Assembly (NCBI GenBank): GCA_047967505.1
Contig: CM106538.1
Source: Dipteris shenzhenensis
Taxonomy: Eukaryota
DNA length: 64,000 nt
Direction: 5' to 3' (one strand)
Positions 25,938 through 38,611 of the stretch are shown one piece after another; position 1 is the stretch's first letter, and every line of letters starts with the position of its first letter. Below the pieces are notes generated by a model, which saw nothing but the letters and a program-made list of their open reading frames with translations, made no database searches and was not told the DNA's origin. The translations under genes and the position numbers were made by a program.

Positions 25938-28173
25938 ATGTCTTCATCTTCAACAAGTAGCTCCAGTGAGGATGAATCCCTCCATATCCACCATCGCGAA
26001 ATGTGGTTGGAGTAAAAAATCAAATGTACGTGTGATCGATGTCGAGGAAACATGTATCGTTCACGCAAGATTACACTCAATCACGTCTTAAATATGGAGA
26101 ATGGGATGCGACCGTAAACATGGTAAGTGTTAAAGAGTTAAGGTTGATTGAGATACCTATGGGTGTTCATATGTTTGAGTTATGATCCCGTTTTAATTTG
26201 ATACAGGATGCAATGCCACACTCGCATATATTGCCCTATACTCGCCATGAGGAGGCGAAGCATCAGCGATATGAGGTGGGATCTTCAGGAGGGACCGTTA
26301 CGGATGCATGGAGTGATGGTGATAGTAGCCCTCCACCATTACCTCATGAAGCCGTGGAGGAGGAGGTGTTTAATGATATGGTGCGGGATTTATATGTCCA
26401 TCAAGGGAGGGATGATAGCATGGAGCAGAATGATCTTTTTACTACAGCATCGACTCCACTGTTTGAGGGGTGCACATTCTCTATTCTACGTGCCTCCCTT
26501 GAGTTACTAAACTTGCAAACCATCTATGGATGGAGCAATGCAAGTTTGAATGCATTACTCAAGTAAGCTTTAAAGTCTAATTTGCAAACATGGTGAATTA
26601 TGCTAGTGGGTCAATTACTCAAATGCTTTTCCTCATTTATGGTCTTCACGTGTAGGCTAGTGTGTAAAATGCTTCCAAGGGAGAATAAATTACCGACCTC
26701 AAGAGATATGGCAAGGCAACTATTAAGCTTGAATTTCTATGCTTCTTTGTGTATGTTTTGGATGTAAAGTGGTTTAAGGACCTGGTGGAAAGAGGCCCTA
26801 ATGCAACCATCAAATGCCATGCAACTGGCTTTGTAACTATTGACTCCACAAAGTTTTGGCAAAGTAGGAAGGACACACTAGTACTACCGCAACAATGTGA
26901 ACAGGTACTGTGCACACATATAAAAATACTCGCTTTTATATATTTGATGCAACTATGGAGAGATGATGAAGACCTAAGGATGACCTCTATTGTGCCTCAA
27001 CGGAAAGGACGCAACAAAGTAATAGACACGGAGTTGCATAATAGTATCAACCTCTATTGCATGCTTAATAGTGATGTGATGAAAAGATGGGTGACAAGAT
27101 ACGAGGATGCAAAGGCAAGAAGACAAGAAGAAAGGGCCCTCTTTCGTGCACACCACGGATCTCGTGTGCCATACCCTCAGTATCTAAGAGCACTTCCAAA
27201 GGATATTCATGTGGATTGGCTACTTGATGAAATGGAGAAAGCAGAGAAAGACGAGGGGATGCATATCACAATGGAAGAATGGGAGTATGCTAGGGGATGT
27301 AGCATGAGCAAGGTCGGTATATAGAATGTTATGCATAAGTTAGGAGCTTTCAATAATTTAGATTGCTTATTTAATTGATTTTTTCTTAGTGTAGTGCACT
27401 ATGTTCAATGCTATATGGTGTGAGGGCAAGCATTTTCAAACACAACAAATTGATGATAAGAGAAACACACAAGATTGCGGCATCATTGCTAGCTTGGAGG
27501 GAGCCAATGGAGCCATGGATGCTTATTGTGGCATAATCCAATATATTATTAAGCTTAACTTTCGACGCTTCTTTGTGTATGTTTTGGATGTAAAGTTGTT
27601 TAAGGACGTGGTGGAAAGAGGCCCCAATGCAACAATCAAACGCCATGCAAGTGGCTTTGTAACTATTGACTCCACAAAGTTTTGGCAAAGTAGAAAGGAC
27701 ACACTAGTACTATCGCAACAAAGTAAACAGGTACTGTGCACACATATAAAAATACTCGCTTTTAAATATTTGATGCAAGGAAAATAACATGATTGTATTT
27801 GTGTTTGAATTAGGTTGTCTATCAACCAATGGTGGATAATAATAGATGGTGGCATGTCATACCTATTATGCCACGTTCCAAAGTGATGTATAGTACATTT
27901 ACTAATATGGAGCATATGGAGGATGATCATGGCCATGGACGTGATGATGACCGTGATATGAGAGAAGAGGATGATCATGAGATAGGAGATACAGATATTG
28001 AGGCCATTACCCGTGAGGACGAGCCTACCATTGGTGATGCTGATTTCAATGAGCACATGAGTAGCACAAGTAGTAGTGCATTGAATGTATTTGTAGATCT
28101 AAACACTTGTTTGGATTTTGAAGTAGATAGTTTGGCAAGGGTTAATCTCATTGAGGATGAGATTGAACCGTAG
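25938..28173 (+). pseudogene. TnpD-type transposase of B3 lacking the Transposase_21 core
   Basis: The first exons run to ~26719, then jump to a duplicated DUF4216-like segment (26720-26950), then the 3' exons ending IEDEIEP*. Confidence 0.85.
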
Positions 28174-28636
28174 CCCATCATTGATATTGGCAAAACTATT
28201 TTACATATTGTCTCATTCTCCTCACCTCACTTAATTCTTGTATATGTGGGCTTGCAAAAAAGCATTGATGTTTTTGTTAAATTATGTGCTTTCGTAATAT
28301 GGGCAATGTTTGGAAAGCAATGATGTACACCAAAATCTCACTTTCTATATTCTCTGTTTTGCGTCTAAATACGCGTCTAATTCCCAGTGTAAATGTGCTA
28401 ATAGATGCGCTAATTCATGCACAAATAGACACACTGATAAACACAATCTTATACGGGGGCCCGTATTTTCTCACTGTAGATGCGCAAATAGACGTGTTAA
28501 TACACGCGCAAACAGACGAGCTATTAGACGTGCTATTAAACGTGGTAATTTCTCTATTCAAGCAACGCCTATAGACACACCTGCTATTATGCACGTCTAT
28601 CAAGCACGTCTATAGTTGCTTTGTGTTGTTGTGAAT

Positions 28637-30829
28637 AAGTAAATACATACCATAAGTCATCAATAAGTTAATCGACATAGAAGGAAGAAATCATTGGTCT
28701 AGCAAGACCTTGCATGCACTCGTAAATATAGATGACTCTGAAAAACAAAGTAGATATACTCATCTTGTAGGTATCGAATGTGCATTTAATCCTTTGGGTT
28801 GTATCTAGGCATCTGTGCAAACCTGCATGTACTCAGAGAAACAACTGAGTGTGATGAAAGAGAATATATGAGCTCACCTTGGAAATAAACGAGTGCCTTG
28901 AAAACGACAAGAAAACATGTGAGAAGCACCTTTGCATATGTGAAGTAACGTATCCAAGGAGTAATAATATCAAAGCTAAATAGAAAAGAAAGATTCAAAG
29001 AAAACATGTTAGAATGTTAACAACGTAAAACATTTAGCAAGTCCTTTTCTTTCATGGGATGGACCAACTTATGAAAGGGAAGCTAGTGTTGAATACATGA
29101 CGAGCAAGTCAAGCAAGATGTTAGCTTATTTAAGAGAGAAAGAAACATTAGATCGACATTTTCTTTTGCAAATCAAGCATGCCTACATGATATTTAGCCT
29201 ACTCCAGATCAAATACAATGGATGGCCTATAGGCATGCTTGATTAACAAAGATGAAAGAGAACCTACTTTCAAAATCATAAGATAATCGAAAGTAACTCT
29301 CACCTTCAAAATAACATAAAACATTTAGGAAATCAAAAGTAAATGATAAGATAATCGAAGAAAATCTAGCCTTCAAAACAATACAAAATATTTTGGAAGC
29401 TCCTTTGAATCAATCAGCTCATGCTGAAAGTAAAGCTTGATATAGAATATTTGGCAAGTCTTTTTAATCGAGATTTATGGAAACTTGAAGCTATAGCTAA
29501 ACTTGCTAGCAAAACATAATAATACATGTATTATCATTGTGAATAAAGGACCAAGCATATGAATGTAGTGGAATACAAATAACATAACCTTTCAAGTAGA
29601 ATATCAAGAACAAGGCATTGTATTGAACTACGATGATATCATGGTTCCCAATCATGTACAACATTAAAGAAAGTTGGTTTATCTTTATACCAACAGGCAA
29701 AGAAAAGCTCCAACACATAGATGTATGTCATAGTGATTGCTGAAAAACAATCAAGTTTTGTGAGGCACCCGAGTATAGACATTGACACAGCTCTTTGGTT
29801 GAAGGACGCTCTATGAATGTTGAGTAGCAAAGTACTTACATAAAGACTCAGCAAGCGATGAACTAAATAAGAAACTGGTCAGTAAAGGATGGACTAAATA
29901 AAAACTAACTTAATATATGTGAAGCATCATTGGCTTTTACTTTTGCAAAAGTAGCATGAAACCACAAGTGATGAAGCACTAAACTCTTGTTTTCACTGAT
30001 GACCTAAGAGAAATCAAAAATTGCTTTCATATGATAGATAACCTTTTGTCCAAGTGATTTTCTCAATCAACTTTCTAGTCTGTTGAACTCATATAATTAT
30101 CATTGCAAAAGCATGTAGATTGGGCTACTTTACTCTTAATGACAAGATTGAGACTCTACTTGGCATCGATTAGATAAGATCTTGATCCCTCAAGATTGAC
30201 TACACTTACAACAAGGACCCTGGATTGAAACTCTACTTGGCATCGATTAGATAAGATCTTGATCCCTAAAGATTGACTACGCTTACAACAACGACCCTGC
30301 ACTCTTGGTTTTTGTGGATATGACCTATGGGTGTTGGGTCTCCTCTTCATCTAAATTTTATGGAGTCCTATAGCTAAAGAAGTTTGCTTTATGTGATTGA
30401 GCATCTTATTTCTTCATGTGGGAATGTAAAAGCTTGATATGCCAGTGTGTTAAATCCAAGGGAACACAAATACTGAGTGCAAGATGGTGTAATCAACTGG
30501 TGGAGACTGAAAGCGGGAGAGCGACACCGTATCAAGAAGCTTCTTATCGTTAAGTATATATATATATATTTATATTTATATTTATTTATTTATTTATTTA
30601 TAATTGCTTTTGCTTTTGCTTCAAATATTGTTGATTCTATGAAAGTATGAACCTTTTCCATCCTCATGTCCTCGATCAATTCTTCTCTATTATGAGTGTT
30701 CATCTTCTTGTCCAAACACTCTTCTACCAGTTTATTGACAGTAGGTAGCAAAAAGAAATAATCATAACTTTCTTACCTGAAATCGGAATATAGTGATCCA
30801 ACCAGTCAAAATAACCGGTGCATACGCTT
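28637..30829. repeat. Family C copy C1, right part (continues after B3)
   Basis: Collinear with 40395-42560 and 49020-49905. Confidence 0.85.
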
Positions 30830-31730
30830 CCCATTTTCTTGGTTACTTCTGGATGTTCTTTGTAATCTCTCTCGGATGCTCGTCTTTTTGGTTTTTTCAT
30901 ACTTTCGGATGCAAAGAGGTTGTTCTTTCATTCCCGCTATGATTAGGTAAGCTGTGTCTAATCCACACAAGCTTGCCTCTTGTCATACGTGTGTGGCTTA
31001 TTCTCGTTGTACTTTTTGTTGTTCGATACTTGTGGCTGCCTAGTTGTTCGGTAGTTTTGGGATGCCCAATTGTTCATATTTTTTGTTGTTCGATACTTCC
31101 GATGGCCCGGTTGTTCAATACTTCTGGGATGCTCAATTGTTTGGTACTTCCGAAAGTGTGGATGCTCATTGTGTTTATAGATTATTGGTTCTTGATTTGT
31201 AGGATCATTATGGGCTCGTATTTTCAGATGTTTGGTACTTTCAACTGCCCTGTTGTTTGGTACTTCTGGGATGCTCAATTGTTCGGTACTTTCAGATGTC
31301 TAGATGCTTGTTGTGTTTCTAGATTATTGGTTCTTGATTTGCAGGAACATTATGGGCCTTTTTGTTGTGTTGCCATGGCTTTCTTACACTACGCAAGCGT
31401 CATTTCAGCCCTGGCTTTATGGGACATATCAAATCCGATACTTCAGGATGCTGGAATGCTCGTTGTGTTTTTGGATTATTGGTTGTTGATTTGCAAGAAC
31501 TTTATGGACCTTCCTATTGTGTTGCTACGACTTTCTTACACTACCCAAGAGACATTTCAGAGCTGGCTTTGTGGTCAAATCGCCCCTCCATACTCATCTT
31601 TGAAGTGACCAAAGCAATTTCCTCATACATTCATCCTTGGTACAATAGAAATGGACACTTGAGTATTTGTTGTGTTCATATACACTGCATGAAATCGGTC
31701 ATTTTATGTGGATGAATTATGCAAAATATG
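30830..31730. repeat. Inverted family C segment
   Basis: Reverse complement of ~21241-22137. Confidence 0.85.
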
Positions 31731-32620
31731 CTCTTATGCTCGTGCATAAGCATAAGCATGAGCATATGCTTATGCTTATGCTTATGCTTATGCATGAGCA
31801 TATGAGCATATGCATGGGCATATGGATATGCTTATGAAAAGAAGAGAAAAAGAGAGGGAAAAAAAAGAGAAGGAAGAGGGGAAAAGAGATTGAAAGAGGG
31901 AAAAGGAGATTGAAAACAGGGGAAAAAGAAGAGGGGAAAAGAGCATAAGCATAAGAGAAGGAAGAGGGGAAATGAGATTGAAAGAGAGGAAAAAGTATAG
32001 GGAAAAAGAAGAGAAGGAAGAGGGGAAAAGAGATAGAAAGAGGGGAGAAAGAAGAGAGGAAAAGAGCATACGCATAAGAGAAGGAAGAGGGAAAAAGAGC
32101 ATAAGCAATAAGAGAATGAAGAAGGGAAAAGAGATTGAAAAGAGGGGAAAAAGAAGAGGGGAAAAGAAGAGAAGGAAGAGGGACAAAAGAGATTGAAAGA
32201 GGGGAAAAGAGCATAAGAGAAAAAGAGAGGAAGCATATGCTTATGCTTATGCATGAGCATATGAGCATAAGAGAAAAAGAGAGAAAGCATATGCTTGTGC
32301 TTATGCATGAGCATATGAGCATATGCTCATGCATAAGCATAAGCATAGGCAAATACATATGCTTACAAAAAGAGGAGAAAAGGAGAGGAAAAAAGAGAGT
32401 GGAAAAGAAGAGAAGGAAGAGGGGAAAAGAGATTGAAAGAGGGGAAAAGAGCATAAGCATAACAGAAGGAAAATCATATGCATAAGAGAAAAATAGAGAA
32501 AGCATATGCTTATGCTTATGCATGAGCATATGAGGGAAAGAGCGGGAGAAAGAGGGAGGAAAAGAGACAAAGAGGGAAAGAAGAGGGAATAAGAGAAGAG
32601 AGGGAAAGAGAGGGTTCCTA
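31731..32620. repeat. Family A satellite with GA-rich spacers (reverse orientation of 607-2150)
   Basis: GCATAAGCATAAGCATGAGCATATGCTTATGC blocks with GAAGAGGGGAAAAGAGATTGAAA spacers. Confidence 0.9.
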
Positions 32621-33150
32621 CGCCCATCACTGCAGCTAGCGCTTAAGGCATTAGTTGCAGGCCAATGCAAATAACGAAAATAACAAAAGGAAAAAAGAGG
32701 AAGCACTTTCTTACTTGGAATAGTCACGCTCGGTGTTTCGTGGGCTGTGGTCCTACCAAAAAGAGAAAACATACAATTTTAATGGGCACTACATCACATA
32801 TACACGTGATGTCCGAATCTGAGGTCAATATGCAAGAGTTGCAATCAACACAGCTGTACGACGGTGCTAGGATGTCTAAACTATGGGCTTGTCTCTCAAT
32901 CTTGAATCTGCAAGCAAAGTATGGGTGGTAGGATCCAAGTGTCTTGGCCTTAATGAGGCTAGCTCCCACATTAATTTAACTCATTATTTGGATATTGTTT
33001 GTTTTGAGAATCATCATGTATGTTTGAGAATCATCATTATTCAAAGCCTATGTATGTTTGAATTGTGATAGGTTGCTCTAGAAGATGTTTCCTACACCAA
33101 ATACCATGCCTGCATCAAGAGATGAAGCGAAGAAGATGCTAACAACAGTG

Positions 33151-33455
33151 GTCACAGCAGTCACACTATTGGCCACTTGGTTAGTGGACCCCTCTGTGTT
33201 CCGTTGGGGACACTAACACCAATAATGACCTTTCTGGCCACATCGATTACATGTACGGTATGCCTTTAGAGCTTCTTGTTTCTCAGTTGTCAACTGCTTT
33301 TTGCCTTTCTAATCAGTTGTCAAAGCCTCAGGCTGACTATCGTAGGTACGATTGATGAAGTGCTCCTCCTGGTCAAGCACCATGGGGACCAATTCCTCCC
33401 AGGTCAACTCATTCACCCTACCATTGGTGATTAAGGATGAATAGAAGGCCCCTTA
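33151..33455 (-). pseudogene. Ty1/copia-like gag C-terminal fragment inserted in the transposase
   Basis: My translation of the minus strand: AFYSSLITNGRVNELTWEELVPMVLDQEE...RTCNRCGQKGHYWC*CP (CX2CX4HX4C zinc knuckle). Confidence 0.75.
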
Positions 33456-34504
33456 TTGACTGTATTCTCTTTCGTCGCGAGCATGGAGATTTGGCTAGTT
33501 GTCCGAGGTGTGGGGAACAATGATATAGAGATGACTTGCAGGGTGAGAAGATACTGGTAAACGTCTTGAGACACTTTCCCATCATTGCAAGAATATAGCA
33601 CATGTTCCAATGCAAATCCATAGCTGAGTTGATGACTTGGCATGCATCTCATCGGTCCACTAATGACACATTGAAGATTCCTGCAGATTGTGCAGCTTGG
33701 AAGCACATAGACAATCAGTGGCCGAACTTTGCAAGGGAGCCACGCAACTTACATCTTGGGCTCGCCATGGACGGCATGAATCCTTTCGGGTTAGGCTCGA
33801 TATCTTGGTCAACATGGCCCCTAGTCTTGGTGGATTACAATATCCCACCATGGCTAACAATAAAGAAGGGACACCTCATGCTTGGGGACTACTTGTGCTA
33901 GGGAAGTACAAGGCCAAAAATATGGACGTGTGCATGGCACCTTTGATAGAGGAGTTATGGATCTTATGGAGAGGAGTGCGGGTCTTTGATATTTCCAGAC
34001 CCCCTAGACATACCAATGATATTTTGGTCAGGGGTATCTTGATGCGGGCCCTACATAACTACCCAAGATATGGAGAGTGCGCAGGTACGTGGTTGTGTCT
34101 TTACATGTATAATATAGGATTATGCTTTTATGACTCTCTTTCACACACTAACACATTCATGCATGCGTCCAACACTTGTTACAAGTGGGTACCATGCTTG
34201 TCCTGTTTGTGGATTGGGTTTGAAACTGCTTGCATGATACTCCAAATATGTGAGGAAAAATGTTTATGAAGGTCATGCTCGATACCTTCCACTAGACCAT
34301 CTCGCGCGTGGAAGTCAGCTTGATCCACCACCACCATATTTGAAGGCAAGTTACTGGATTCGGGCTTGGAGGGCGAATGGATAGGAACCTCCTCGTGGTA
34401 TGAAGAGGCTATCCATATTTTATGAGATTCCTAATTGGGGTCAGTTACAAATCAATCATCTCTTGGATCCCATGTATATCTTCAAGAATGTGGGGGCTAC
34501 TATC

Positions 34505-34770
34505 GAATGTGCATTTAGTCCATTGGATTGCATCTAGGCATCTATGCAAACCTACATGTACTTGGAGAAACAACTGAGTGTGATGGAAGAGAACATATGA
34601 GCTCACCTTGGAAATAAACGATTGCCTTGAAAACGACAAGAAAACATGTGAGAAGCACCTTTGCATATGTGAAGTAACGTGTCCAAGGAGTAATGATATC
34701 AAAGCTAAATAGAAAAGAAACATTGAAAGAAAACATGTTAGAATGTTAACAACGTAAAACATTCGGCAAG
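34505..34770. repeat. Family C fragment inserted in a transposase exon
   Basis: Matches ~28776-29041 and splits FKNVGATI | HLFGSKDWREVREDL. Confidence 0.9.
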
Positions 34771-37049
34771 GCACACTTGTTTGGTTCTAAAGACTGGAGA
34801 GAAGTGCGAGAAGACTTGCGTGCTATGAATAGGATGTCTCGTTTGTGGCCCCAACTGTGTGCTTTGGGAAAATTTTTCCTCCCAAAAGCAACATGGATCC
34901 TCTCCAAGAGAGAGGAGGCAGCGGTCAAGGCGGACATTGCCTCTTTTCTAACACCCACAAGGTACATGCGTTGCTTGAAGGAGAATTTTCAAAGGACAAT
35001 AAGCTTAGTGGAATCAAGTCCCATGGTTGGTGCAAGGTCTTAAAGGTATTCTAAGCTGTAGGATTAGTGTATCGATAATTGTGATGCATTAGTATAATTA
35101 TGATTATGTCATATTATTGACATGACTTCTTTGTTGCTTTGATAGTCCATCCTCCCAATTATAGTAAAATGGTGCTTACAAGAAGATGTTAGAAATGCTA
35201 TATTCAAGATCAGTGGTATTGTGAGGTATGCTTACTATCAAATCGCATTGATTGCATTTTTCTTCAATTTAAGCTGAATAGTCTGTAGACTGATTATGAA
35301 TATATCTTACATGGGCATGTGAAATAGGTGGATATCTCAAAAAGATATCTCCATATCAAGCATCAAGAAGGCTATGGTGGACTCCATCGAAGCCGTATGC
35401 TTGCTTGAGAAGCACTATCCCTCGAGCATTATGACAACTCAAGTGCACTTGCTTGTGCACATAGTTGATGAGGTGGCCATTGCAAGTACCGTTCATAATC
35501 GGTGGATGTTTTTTCTCGAGCGCTTTATGAAAACATTGAAGGGATTTGTAAGGCAAAGAGAAAGTCCAAAAGCAAGCATGGTAGAGGGATGGCTTGTGCA
35601 AGAGTCATTAGTATATATCACAGAGTTTCTTGCATCCACAGATGATGATCACATCGTTGGCGAGGTTCCCCAAGGAAAAGGGATTGAAAGAAAGATGAGT
35701 GAAGAGCAAATGGAGAAATTCAATAAGTTTTGTATCCTCAATAGCAAGGAGATGCAGAAGTCGATTGAGAAATATGAAGCGGACAAAGTAGAAAGAATAG
35801 TTGCAAGGAAGAGATTCAGAGTAATTTACAGGCGATCGCAACCATATCCACGGGATCTCGCCCTTCGCCCCACTCACATGTCACTTGATTGGCTACAACT
35901 GGCTCTATGTAAAGCCGAACGCGATGGAGAGACAATAAATGGGCACGAGCAAGAGTTATCATCTGGATGTATGATGCATGTAAGTTTCTTACCTCTTGAC
36001 ATAATTAAGTAATTATTTATGGCAATATACACTATAAAATAGATGCATCTTCATTGTTTTAATGATGCTCTTTTGCAGTACAAAAAGTATAGTGCATTAT
36101 GGTCAAATGGGTAACATTTTCGCATGGAATGCATCGATTCAAGGAGAGTCATGTATGATTATGGAGTCATGGCTAACTTCGCACAAGATAGTAGAGCAAG
36201 TTCTTCGAATACCAATCTTTTATCCTCGCAGTTGGATTATTGTGGGACCATACGCGAAATCTATGAAATTGATTTTAGACGATTTAGTATTTTCATTCTT
36301 GACGTAAAATGGTTTAGAACTATTTACAATGGTCCCCATGCGACAATGAGAAAGGACAGTAGCGGTTTCTTTGCAACAGACTCCACCAAACTTTGGACTA
36401 ATGAAAGTGATACTTTTGTTCTTCCCGAGCATTGTGAGCAGGTGCATACTAATGATTTCATTAATTGAAGCTTTCGTTTTTAAAGATCCATTGATACATG
36501 TACTTAAGCATAATTTCATATATATAATTGATGGCATTTGGCACCCATCTTCAATATAGGTGGTTTTTCATCCGGATTGTTCTTATCCAAGATCGTGGTA
36601 CGTGATCCAAGTTGCACCTTGAAGTATGCAAATTTTTGAAGATAGAGATGTGGATATGGAGATGCCGGATCCAATTGATCTAGATGGATCTAGCGAAGAA
36701 GTTGAAGATCACAATATGAGCCAAGAGAAAGATGCGCAGTGAAGAAGATGAAGATCACAATATGAGCCAAGAGGAAGATGCGCATAATGACATTGTACAG
36801 GAGGAAGATGGAGATCACAATATTGAGGAAGAAGATGACAATCATCAACAATCACCACACTTTATTGAAGAAGATGATCAAGTCTTAGGTGAATGTACGA
36901 TGCTAGAGTACGATGATGATATAGGACATCAACTCGGTATAGAGTTAGAGATAGACTTGTTTGGTGCATTTTAGACTTGGCTCAGGATGAAGCCATTGAT
37001 GTAGATGCTCTTCATTATTTTTTTTCATCTCAAACTTGGACATGAATAT

Positions 37050-37296
37050 CTCGGGGGTGTCACTATGTATAAACCCTCTATATCACGTGCGTTCAAGGCC
37101 TATATTTAAAATCCCTTATCTGTAAATTTTTTCATTAATAAAATGTACCCCTTTTCTATACAAATCTGTAAATTTTTTCCAAAACTATTTTAAATAGTCC
37201 CTTATGTATACTTATTTCTGTAAATTTTAGGAATAGAAAATATCCTTTTGTCGAACTCACGTGATAGGGTTACATATGATGAGTGACCCCCCCGAG
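37050..37296. mobile_element. MITE (247 bp) with 8-bp TSD, superfamily unassigned
   Basis: TIRs CTCGGGGGTGTCACT ... AGTGACCCCCCCGAG; ATGAATAT on both sides (37042-37049, 37297-37304). Confidence 0.95.
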
Positions 37297-38611
37297 ATGA
37301 ATATATGAGCTTCAATTGATGTACATGCTCTTGTAATTTTATTCTCTCAAAGGATCAAACATATATGAAAAGGAAAAAAACACTCTGTGTAAAACATCAC
37401 TATAGGAAACTGTCTCAGTGTCACTATATAACAACTATTCATAAGTCTAGTAAGTGTCACTATATAGCGACTCTATGTAAAGGTTGCTGTATAGTGACAC
37501 TTGTCTAAAGTCACTATATAGCGACACTTAACTAATCATTCTTTGATTATTAACGATTAGCGCCCCGCGCGTGCTAAACGTCGATGCTTAAGCATCGGAA
37601 TAGGGCCCATGTCTAGTAGTGTAATTCCAAGGTTTCAATATATCCTAGGGAGTAGTGGAGCTAGAGCTTGGAGTGGGAGTAAGAGCGATGGGTGAAGCAA
37701 GAACTAAAGGATCGAGGGGTAGTGGAGTGAGTGGTGTAGGGGATGGTGCGGCCAATGAGAGGTGAGGGCAAGCGACCAAACTAGAACAGTGTCTCATGAA
37801 TAGGGGGAGACTTATGATTCATCGAGTAAAAATTGAGCCAATGAGTTTATGTGCATCCATTAATAGTTTATATAAACATTAACAACAATTTTATACGAAG
37901 AGACTTATGGAGCAAAAATTGGAAAAAATATATTACATTTATAAAAACTCACAATTGTTGAGAGCCTTAGAGGCCAAAAGATTACATCCAGCGAGGATAA
38001 CCACTCAGCCATTACAAAGTGGTTATGAGACTCATTGAGTAAGAGGATATTTATACAACTTAGTATTGCCAATTGCTGATAGCAAGGGATATTTATACAA
38101 CTCAGTGTTGCCGATTGCTAGTACTCATAGAGGCCAACCCACCTTGGTACATTCAAATTTTTGGGAGAGCCAATGGAGGAGACCATGGAGAGGCTAAAGA
38201 TCATGCACATTGCACCAATGGAGGACTCAAAATATGACTTCTAACTTTGTCATCTTCTCCAAGGAATCCATAGAGCAGTACAACCATAGAGAGGCTACAG
38301 GTGTGCATGCCAACAAAGGTGGTGACATGTAGATGTGGGGGGAATTGATAAAGGGAACAAAGAGACTTTACAAGACCAATCATTTCAAGTCCTACTGAGT
38401 GCAACACAATGACCTTATATGGGAAGGCAGACAAGATGGGATCAAGGTGCATCAAGTGGGGATATTAGCAAGAGGCATGGTGAAAAGAGTGGGTGAGAAG
38501 TGGAGCAGATGAGCAAGGGAGCAGATGAGAGTTAGAGGAGAGAGGATGGAGAAAAGATCGGGGTGGATTGGGGGCACTGCTAAGAAACCCTAGGTATCAC
38601 GTGCACCCTAT

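Larger units (their letters stand above)
22977..28633. mobile_element. Family B copy B3 (5657 bp), inverted relative to B1/B2, internally deleted
   Basis: CACAACAAGACAAAGCA ... TGCTTTGTGTTGTTGTG with a perfect AAT TSD (22974-22976, 28634-28636). The empty site GCTTGAACCAATAAGTAAAT is seen at ~49177. Confidence 0.95.
32808..36974 (+). pseudogene. En/Spm TnpD-type transposase of family A, disrupted
   Basis: LNLQAKYGW, MFQCKSIAELMTWH...LGLAMDGMNPFG, APLIEELWILW, LLDPMYIFKNV, VHNRWMFFLERFMKTLKGFVRQ, YCGTIREIYEIDF, and an acidic C-terminal exon. Two foreign inserts. Confidence 0.9.
31731..37621 (+). mobile_element. CACTA family A copy A2, transposase-bearing, left-truncated
   Basis: Ends in GGGCCCATGTCTAGTAGTG (rev-comp CACTACTAGACATGGGCCC, similar to the A1 TIR). 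GTCACTATATAGCGAC subterminal repeats at ~37400-37530. Same satellite as A1 in the opposite orientation. Confidence 0.85.

Noticed and set aside
36690-36974. Acidic repeat ORF as an independent gene
   Set aside because: It corresponds to the acidic last exon of the family A transposase, as in family B.
37622-38611. TAGGGGGAGAC as a possible hAT-type end, a possible LINE remnant, and a lone AAACCCTA
   Set aside because: No matching second TIR or TSD, no diagnostic protein motif, and a single telomere-like unit is expected by chance.
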